From: Candidatus Aegiribacteria sp.
GTDB lineage: Bacteria; Fermentibacterota; Fermentibacteria; Fermentibacterales; JCC-6
Direction: 5' to 3'
Assembly: GCA_030620995.1 (NCBI GenBank)
Contig: JAUXIK010000006.1
Span: 137-64,136 of the forward strand
Length of the DNA: 64,000 nt
Shown here: positions 58,203-64,000 of the stretch, one piece after another
How the letters are laid out: each line of letters starts with the position of its first letter
Numbering within the stretch: position 1 is the first letter of the stretch
Position numbers and translations under genes: made by a program
Notes under the pieces: generated by a model
The model's input: the letters and a program-made list of their open reading frames with translations, nothing else
Database searches by the model: none
What the model was told of the DNA's origin: nothing

Positions 58203-59273
58203 ATGGCGGGCATTGACAAACTTTTTAGTATTCTAAAAGCAAAAAGCGGATCCGATCTCCACATCTCACCGGAGAATTCTCCACTTCTTAGAATATCTGG
58301 TGACCTATTTCCAATTGGGGATAAGAAGGTAACACCCGGCCAGAGTAGAACGATGCTTTATGAGATAATGAATGATTCACAGAAAGAAGAGTTCGAAGCA
58401 ACTCATGATATCGATTTTGCCTATGAGGTTCCCTCCCTGGAGGCCAGGTTTCGAGCGAATATTTTTCTTGGCCGCTACGGTATCAGTGGCGCCTTCCGCC
58501 TGATTCCAAACAAGATATTAACTGTGGAGGAACTAGGGCTTCCCCCCGTTGTTTTGGAATTCACTCAATATTCAAAGGGTCTGGTTCTGGTGACCGGACC
58601 GACTGGAAGTGGAAAATCAACCACTCTGGCCGCCATGATAGACCATATTAATAAAACCCGGAAGGCGCATATTATCACGATTGAGGACCCGATCGAATTT
58701 GTTCATGTCAGCCAGGGGTGCCTGGTTAACCAAAGGGAAATAGGCAGTCATACAAAGTCCTTCAAGTCGGCATTAAGAGCATCCCTTCGAGAGGACCCTG
58801 ACATTATCCTGGTTGGTGAGATGCGTGATCTTGAAACGATCGAACTGGCAATAACAGCCGCTGAAACCGGCCATCTTGTGTTTGGCACCCTCCATACGAG
58901 CAGTGCTGCAAAAACGGTCGATCGCATCATCAACGTTTTCCCCACCAATCAACAGGCGCAAATCCGAACCATGTTGGCTGAATCTATACTGGGGGTAATT
59001 GCCCAGCAGCTTCTCAAAACCGTCGACGGCAAACGATGTGCTGCTTTGGAGATATTATTCGTTACCGCAGCAGTGTCCAATCTGATCAGGGAAGGAAAGA
59101 CGTTCCAGATTCCATCGGTTATCCAGACGGGAAGAGCTAAAGGGATGCAACTTATGGATCAGTCCCTTCTGAATCTTGTGGAGGCCAGGAGAATCTCGCT
59201 AGAGGAGGCCAACAGATATGCTGTCGACAAGAGTCTTTTTCCACTGTCTGAGGAAGGGGTCACATATCGATGA
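58203..59273 (+). CDS. pilT: PilT-family type IV pilus retraction ATPase
   Basis: Walker A 'GPTGSGKSTT', 'ITIEDPIE', 'ALRASLREDPDIILVGEMRD' and 'TGHLVFGTLHT'. Confidence 0.85.
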   Translation: MAGIDKLFSILKAKSGSDLHISPENSPLLRISGDLFPIGDKKVTPGQSRTMLYEIMNDSQKEEFEATHDIDFAYEVPSLEARFRANIFLGRYGISGAFRLIPNKILTVEELGLPPVVLEFTQYSKGLVLVTGPTGSGKSTTLAAMIDHINKTRKAHIITIEDPIEFVHVSQGCLVNQREIGSHTKSFKSALRASLREDPDIILVGEMRDLETIELAITAAETGHLVFGTLHTSSAAKTVDRIINVFPTNQQAQIRTMLAESILGVIAQQLLKTVDGKRCAALEILFVTAAVSNLIREGKTFQIPSVIQTGRAKGMQLMDQSLLNLVEARRISLEEANRYAVDKSLFPLSEEGVTYR

Positions 59274-59719
59274 ATAGTGAAAAAATCGACAAGAAAAAGA
59301 AGGAAATTCTCTTCACCCTTACCGACGGTACAGAGATTCAGGGTGAGATATATCTCTGGTTGTACTCCACTAATCATATGGGAGCACAACGGATTGACGA
59401 ACTCCTGAATGAGGGAAACCAGTTTATTCCCATCAGAACAGTTGACGGCTTTATGCTTTTAAACAGTACTCACATTATGCTTGCCCAGGCAAAGATGGAG
59501 AAGAACTGCCATGACCTCATGATGATAGGTGAGAAGTACAGGGTGCATATCACTACTCTGCTTCATGAGAACCTCGAAGCAGACCTTTTTATCAGTCTTC
59601 CTAAAGGCTTCCGACGTGTCAAAGACTACTTGAACCAACCGATCCGGTTTTTTACCTTCTTCCTGCCTGAGCATATCCTCTGCATCAATCGGGATTTCAT
59701 ACTATCTATTCGAGATTGA
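59270..59719 (+). CDS. hypothetical protein with internal two-fold repeat, translationally coupled to pilT
   Basis: ATGA overlap with pilT. The halves 'ILFTLTDG..IQGEIYL...QRIDELLNEGNQFIPI' and 'VHITTLLH..LEADLFI...RRVKDYLNQPIRFFTF' align. Confidence 0.55.
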   Translation: MNSEKIDKKKKEILFTLTDGTEIQGEIYLWLYSTNHMGAQRIDELLNEGNQFIPIRTVDGFMLLNSTHIMLAQAKMEKNCHDLMMIGEKYRVHITTLLHENLEADLFISLPKGFRRVKDYLNQPIRFFTFFLPEHILCINRDFILSIRD

Positions 59720-59778
59720 TTTCTTTTTCGGGAGTTAACAGTAAAGATATCAATCCTTTCTATCTGAAAGTTCGAACT

Positions 59779-59910
59779 TTTTCCATGCATGGCTCAGGAA
59801 TATTGCAGAGCTGATGAACTTCGTTATCTCCGTTGATGATACCGGAGACTCCGACCCCAACGGGGATCCCTTTGACTCGTCATCTGACTCGCTCAGGATA
59901 AACTCACCCT
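59779..59910. repeat. repeat copy 1: segment A (59779-59823) + 28 nt + segment B (59852-59910), contiguous
   Basis: A matches 62169-62213 at 37/45. B matches 63010-63068 at 52/59. Both were aligned by hand without gaps. Confidence 0.8.
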
Positions 59911-60001
59911 GTGAGCTTGTTTCCAGTCTTTCTTTATCATGCTGCTAAGTCGATTGAGGAATGCAGATTAATTGACGATCAAAGAATACTGAATATGCAG
60001 A

Positions 60002-60973
60002 TTAGTGCAGAGCTGTAATCCGGAGAGATTTTCGCATTTCGCTGAGCAATCTTGAAACCTCTGCCCTCTCTCTCAGATCCTCATGTGATAAGAATCTTAG
60101 AGTTTCATTAGCCATGATGAGTCTTTTGGCCAGAAGACTTCCAAGGCTGAGATTCAGACTGATGGCATTGGTACTGTTTCTATCGAGGAGTTCAAGCAGA
60201 GTATTTCTCGACAGCATCAGTATTTCAGCACTTCCAATTACCTTTGCGGTGGTTGCTCTTGGTTTGTTATCAAGGAATGACCGTTCTCCAATAACATCGT
60301 TTGGTCCAAAAGCGCCAAGAATAAATCCTCCGGAATCATCATCCATGACTACTACCTTTCCTTTTCTGATGATGAAAATATCTGTACTCCTGTCCCACTG
60401 CCTGAATAGAACCTGATTATCATGAGCGTAAATCCAGTGACACATTTCGGAAAGTATTGGATCATCGGCGGAAAACAGGGGTTTTTTATTGCGAGTACGG
60501 ATATCAGTCCTCAGCTTTTTAAGTTCTTGACGTTCGCTGAGTTTCTGGTCACTTGAGATAAGAGATCTGAGAGCATCTGCCTTTCTGAGTCTGTCAACCA
60601 TGAATTTTTCAAGAAACAGAAGAAATCTAGTTCCGGAGATTGGGTTTTTTCTCAGAAATCCTACAAATGGTTCTCGAGAGAGCATTAAAACGGTTCCGGC
60701 AGTATTCGCAGTAACAGTAGCTGAACGTTTTTCTCCAGCAAGGAAGGCCATTTCGCCGAACACAGTACCTTTTCTGAGCGTATCTAGAATCCTACTATCT
60801 CCTTTATCATCAGTTACAACGAATTGACCGGATTCAACAATAAATAGATCCGTTCCTGGATTTCCCTGTTTTATAAGTATATCCGATTTGTTCACATCCA
60901 TCTGTTTAAAGAGATCCCTCAGACTGCTTTCAGAAAGGATATCATCAGTATTAAAAAGATTTTGGATTTTCAT
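60002..60973 (-). CDS. protein with two cyclic-nucleotide-binding domains
   Basis: 'GTVFGEMAFLAGEKRSATVTA' and 'VIGERSFLDNKPRATTAKV'. Confidence 0.8.
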   Translation of the reverse strand: MKIQNLFNTDDILSESSLRDLFKQMDVNKSDILIKQGNPGTDLFIVESGQFVVTDDKGDSRILDTLRKGTVFGEMAFLAGEKRSATVTANTAGTVLMLSREPFVGFLRKNPISGTRFLLFLEKFMVDRLRKADALRSLISSDQKLSERQELKKLRTDIRTRNKKPLFSADDPILSEMCHWIYAHDNQVLFRQWDRSTDIFIIRKGKVVVMDDDSGGFILGAFGPNDVIGERSFLDNKPRATTAKVIGSAEILMLSRNTLLELLDRNSTNAISLNLSLGSLLAKRLIMANETLRFLSHEDLRERAEVSRLLSEMRKSLRITALH

Positions 60974-61482
60974 GGAAACCTCTCAACTGTTTATAGAAAA
61001 CCATAGAATTCGTAATGGGGCAATTCTTGAAATAGTTGCCGAATATCTATTCACAGCTTTCCTGTTCTGGAAAGACAATACCAAGAATTGCATTATCATG
61101 TCAAATCTGTATAACATCATGTGGATGAAGGAACGGGTTAACAAATGGCTCGGGCAACTGTGATACAGCATTTTCTATTTCCTGTATTTTTATCATGCTT
61201 CAAATATACTCCAAGGTTTCATTCAAATATGAAATTGTTACGAGCAGTAAATGATGATATGAGTGGCCTGTCGCGAGTTGTTCTGGCAATTATCTCTTCC
61301 TGCGGAAGAAGGTTCCACCAAAAATAATTGGAGTCGAATCTCCGGCTATACAGTCACTGCACAGATGTGGATAATTACCTATAATAAGTTCGCGGAGGGT
61401 GCAGAAACCACGCATACACCAGCCCCGTCACTATATTGCTCAAAGCCAGGTAATACAAATATGACTTTTAAAGAGAGGCACA

Positions 61483-62130
61483 TTGATATTGTTTGTTATT
61501 AGAAGATTCTTAAAACTGTTACTTTGTTTGTCACAATATACACCATTAGGCCTTCTACTCGCGATAAAAGCCCTATCTGTTGGTTGGGTCGCAAAAAAGT
61601 GGTCGCTCTCAAAATTGCCCGGGGTAGGTGCGAAAATTGGATTAATACATAAGAAATCAAGCCATCTCAAAGAGTTTGGAGAGCTTTGTGGCATGATTAA
61701 TGGTTATTATGTATCAGTAAAGCCGGACATGTCTATGAATTCAGTAATCCGGGTAGAATATATTGGCACCTATAAAGGACTTGATTTATCGCTAAGCAGG
61801 CCCAACCTTCAACTCAAGAAGAATGTCATTGATTTTAAAACATCAAATTGGAAGTTTAACTGGACTTTCAAAACCATACGTGCTCATAAGAATATGGCCG
61901 GTATAATTAGCGCTGATCATGATTTAATCCAACATATTATTTCATTTTATAATAAATGGATTTTTGCGCTTGATGAGTTAATAATTAGCGATAACGATAT
62001 ATACTGTCGCTTAAGATATGGATTTTATGTTTATCCCTATATACCATCTTCAAAGCTGGAACCCCTTGTTAATGAATTACTTGTACTGGCAGAAAAGATT
62101 GATTCTGCGCTGGACAAACATAACAAATGA
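61483..62130 (+). CDS. hypothetical membrane-anchored protein in AT-rich islet
   Basis: TTG start 6 nt after AGAGAGG. N-terminal hydrophobic segment. No motif recognised. Confidence 0.45.
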   Translation: MILFVIRRFLKLLLCLSQYTPLGLLLAIKALSVGWVAKKWSLSKLPGVGAKIGLIHKKSSHLKEFGELCGMINGYYVSVKPDMSMNSVIRVEYIGTYKGLDLSLSRPNLQLKKNVIDFKTSNWKFNWTFKTIRAHKNMAGIISADHDLIQHIISFYNKWIFALDELIISDNDIYCRLRYGFYVYPYIPSSKLEPLVNELLVLAEKIDSALDKHNK

Positions 62131-62168
62131 GCAATAGCCTAAGATGAGTTGATCATTTAGTCCGCACA

Positions 62169-62213
62169 TTTTCCATACGTGGCTCAGGAATGTTGCAGAG
62201 TCAATGAACTCTG
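62169..62213. repeat. repeat copy 2, segment A
   Basis: ttttccatacgtggctcaggaatgttgcagagtcaatgaactctg aligned against 59779-59823. Confidence 0.8.
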
Positions 62214-62229
62214 ATGGCACAACCGTATA

Positions 62230-62258
62230 TTGACATAGGATAATCAATACTTTACAAT
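62230..62258 (+). promoter_or_regulatory. near-consensus sigma70 promoter TTGACA-N17-TACAAT
   Basis: ttgaca at 62230-62235 and tacaat at 62253-62258. AAGGAGG at 62282-62288 and ATG at 62295. Confidence 0.55.
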
Positions 62259-62294
62259 CTATTTGGGTACATCTTCATCGTAAGGAGGTTTGCA

Positions 62295-62978
62295 ATGAAG
62301 AAACTCCTTTTTACATTGCTATTCTTTTCCACAGCTTCTATCATGGCTGATCAGCCTCTTGTTCTGAGTCCCCGTCACGTTCAGGGAACTGGTTCGATTG
62401 AAACTGTCATGACTGACGGAGAAGCCTATTCACAGCCATACAGTTGGGAACTGTTAGATAATGCTGTAACAATAATGTATGACCGCTGGTTCTGTGACGA
62501 TTTCGAGCTTGATAACGATTATTATATCACAGACATTTATGTCTGGACCATCTGGACGGGTGAACAGGCTTCAGTAATGAACCTGGTTATCTCTGAAGAT
62601 GACACAAATGATTCCGATCCAAACACAAACACCGATGTATGGTCCGAGAGTGTACCATGTATACACACCTTTACCGGTGACAGCAACTGGGGTTACGATA
62701 TCTACGAAACACACTGCGTTATCGATACAGACATTTATCCTGAACTGAACGCCAACATTCACTATTACCTGGAAATCCAAGCGGGAACAATTGACTGCAC
62801 GTTTATCCTGTTCAGTTGGTATTGTGTTGAGGATTGTGCATGGTGGGATGACGGCAGTGGTATTTGGGTTAGTATGGATACATGGTGGACAGAATCTGAC
62901 GGATTCTTTGTATTGGAGGGAGAAATAATAAATGCTCTGGAACCTGAAACCTGGGGCAGCATCAAGACTCTCTTCTAA
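62295..62978 (+). CDS. secreted protein with C-terminal 'ALEPETWGSIKTLF' tail
   Basis: Strong promoter and RBS. Signal peptide 'MKKLLFTLLFFSTASIMA'. W/D/C-rich body. Confidence 0.65.
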   Translation: MKKLLFTLLFFSTASIMADQPLVLSPRHVQGTGSIETVMTDGEAYSQPYSWELLDNAVTIMYDRWFCDDFELDNDYYITDIYVWTIWTGEQASVMNLVISEDDTNDSDPNTNTDVWSESVPCIHTFTGDSNWGYDIYETHCVIDTDIYPELNANIHYYLEIQAGTIDCTFILFSWYCVEDCAWWDDGSGIWVSMDTWWTESDGFFVLEGEIINALEPETWGSIKTLF

Positions 62979-63009
62979 AAATTCGTAACAATTCTGAATT
63001 ATGAAGCGG

Positions 63010-63068
63010 CGACCCCAACAGGGATCCCTTCGACTTGTTATATAACTCGCTAAGGATAAACTCACCCT
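63010..63068. repeat. repeat copy 2, segment B
   Basis: cgaccccaacagggatcccttcgacttgttatataactcgctaaggataaactcaccct aligned against 59852-59910. Confidence 0.8.
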
Positions 63069-63090
63069 ACGGGTTCTTGAAAAATATATG

Positions 63091-63117
63091 CAAGTGTCGC
63101 AAGTGACGTCCGGTCCC
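63091..63117. repeat. solo copy of the H1 hairpin arm
   Basis: caagtgtcgcaagtgacgtccggtccc matches the H1 right arm caagtgccgcaagtggcgtccgacccc at 23/27. Confidence 0.55.
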
Positions 63118-63205
63118 ATTACAATTGACTTGCGTTTGAGATTACTATATTTGAAGTTATCATGTTAAGTCATACGAGTCCGGTAAGGCGTATGTTTTAC
63201 AGTGA

Positions 63206-64000
63206 TTGTTTCATATCATCATAAAAAGCGTTCTTCCTTGGATTTGTAGGGTCTGGAAGGAGAGTATCATACAATTAAGAATTATTGTCCTTGTTATTTC
63301 CTTGATGCTACTCACACCGTTTGAAGCTTACACCGGTACCGCGATCCAGACCGACTGGTCCGGCGGGGACGGAATCTGGGGGCCTGTTTTCGATTGGGGC
63401 GATGAGTTCTACATGGGCACAAATATCGAATGCTACAGTGACCCTTTGAATCTAACTCTCCTGAATATACCTCTGGAATATACTGTTGATGGGTATTTTG
63501 ATGGTACCAAGTCCGTACATTCCGCAGATATTAACGGAGACGGCTACATGGATGTACTCGGAGCTGCCTTTGCTGACGACGACATTACCTGGTGGGAGAA
63601 CGTAGACGGCTCGGGCACCAGCTGGATAGAAAATATCGTAGATTGGGGTTTCTATGGTGCCAGTTCAGTGCTTTCCGCGGATATCAACGGAGACGGTCAC
63701 ATGGATGTGCTCGGAGCAGCCTATTATGGCAACTGGATCACCTGGTGGGAGAATAATGACGGTTCAGGCACCAGTTGGACGGAGCATACAGTGGATGTGG
63801 CTTATAATGGCACCAAGTCTGTGCATTCCGCGGATATCAACGGAGACGGCTACATGGATGTCCTCGGAGCTGCCTTTACTGACGACGACATCACATGGTG
63901 GGAGAACGTAGACGGCTCGGGTACCAGCTGGACGGAACATACAGTAGATGGATATTTTAATGGTGCCAGATCCGTGTATTCCGCGGACATTAACGGAGAT
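63206..64000 (+). CDS. FG-GAP/VCBS-repeat secreted protein, 3'-partial (start uncertain)
   Basis: The frame is open from 63206 to the window end. Signal-like 'IIVLVISLMLLTPFEA'. At least four 'ADINGDGYMDVLGAA...ITWWEN.DGSGTSW' units. Confidence 0.75.
   Translation, partial: MFHIIIKSVLPWICRVWKESIIQLRIIVLVISLMLLTPFEAYTGTAIQTDWSGGDGIWGPVFDWGDEFYMGTNIECYSDPLNLTLLNIPLEYTVDGYFDGTKSVHSADINGDGYMDVLGAAFADDDITWWENVDGSGTSWIENIVDWGFYGASSVLSADINGDGHMDVLGAAYYGNWITWWENNDGSGTSWTEHTVDVAYNGTKSVHSADINGDGYMDVLGAAFTDDDITWWENVDGSGTSWTEHTVDGYFNGARSVYSADINGD

Noticed and set aside
59783-59792. Palindrome ccatgcatgg inside repeat segment A as a structural element
   Set aside because: It is too short to form a hairpin, since there would be no loop. 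The second copy (ccatacgtgg) does not preserve it.
63654-63911. 85-aa + strand ORF from the track
   Set aside because: It is out of frame with the obvious FG-GAP repeat reading frame, which is open from 63206 to the window end.

Overview
The window is a 64 kb stretch of bacterial chromosome with about 65 protein genes, one tRNA, and no rRNA, CRISPR array, integrase, transposase or phage genes that I can recognise. The lineage looks uncultivated and Gram-negative. A Por/T9SS-type C-terminal domain, PEGA, FG-GAP and Big_5-like surface proteins suggest an FCB-type candidate phylum, but that is inference only.

Layout:
- 0.1-20 kb is housekeeping on the + strand: rsmI, an inositol-lipid gene pair (ino1 plus a CDP-alcohol phosphatidyltransferase), tmk, an S41 protease, PGM/PMM, the yceD-rpmF-plsX-fabH-fabG-acpP-fabF-rnc cluster (no fabD), acyl-CoA dehydrogenase with etfBA (EtfA has an N-terminal 2x[4Fe-4S] domain), a P-type ATPase and a PHP protein.
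- 20.3-20.5 kb holds a bidirectional terminator, a 27-bp-stem hairpin and tRNA-Ser(UGA).
- 20.5-43 kb mixes signalling genes (CYTH, RR-GGDEF, MscS-cNMP), envelope genes (S8 protease with a T9SS-like tail, OMPs, lipoproteins), housekeeping genes (pyrE, dtd, maf, rex, cobO, rlmN, mtnP, thiL) and a tandem pair of unknown-family paralogs.
- 44.4-48.1 kb is a decay zone with an eroded xanthine dehydrogenase and a disrupted TM1410/GH114-like gene, followed by rtcB.
- 49.4-57.2 kb is one co-directional, tightly packed block. It encodes an M1 peptidase fused to an Omp85-like barrel, a small secreted protein, an AmmeMemoRadiSam radical SAM enzyme, a 53-aa Tat-signal micro-protein, a lipoprotein-signal Memo-AMMECR1 fusion and a polytopic spermidine-synthase-like protein. 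This is my best candidate for an undescribed system.
- 57.2-64 kb is accessory-looking. It holds secreted proteins that share a C-terminal TWGxIKTL tail, an orphan pilT coupled to an internally duplicated small protein, a dual-cNMP protein, an AT-rich islet, a split A/B repeat flanking a gene with its own promoter, and an FG-GAP repeat protein that runs off the window.

All family assignments come from motif recognition by eye. No searches were run.
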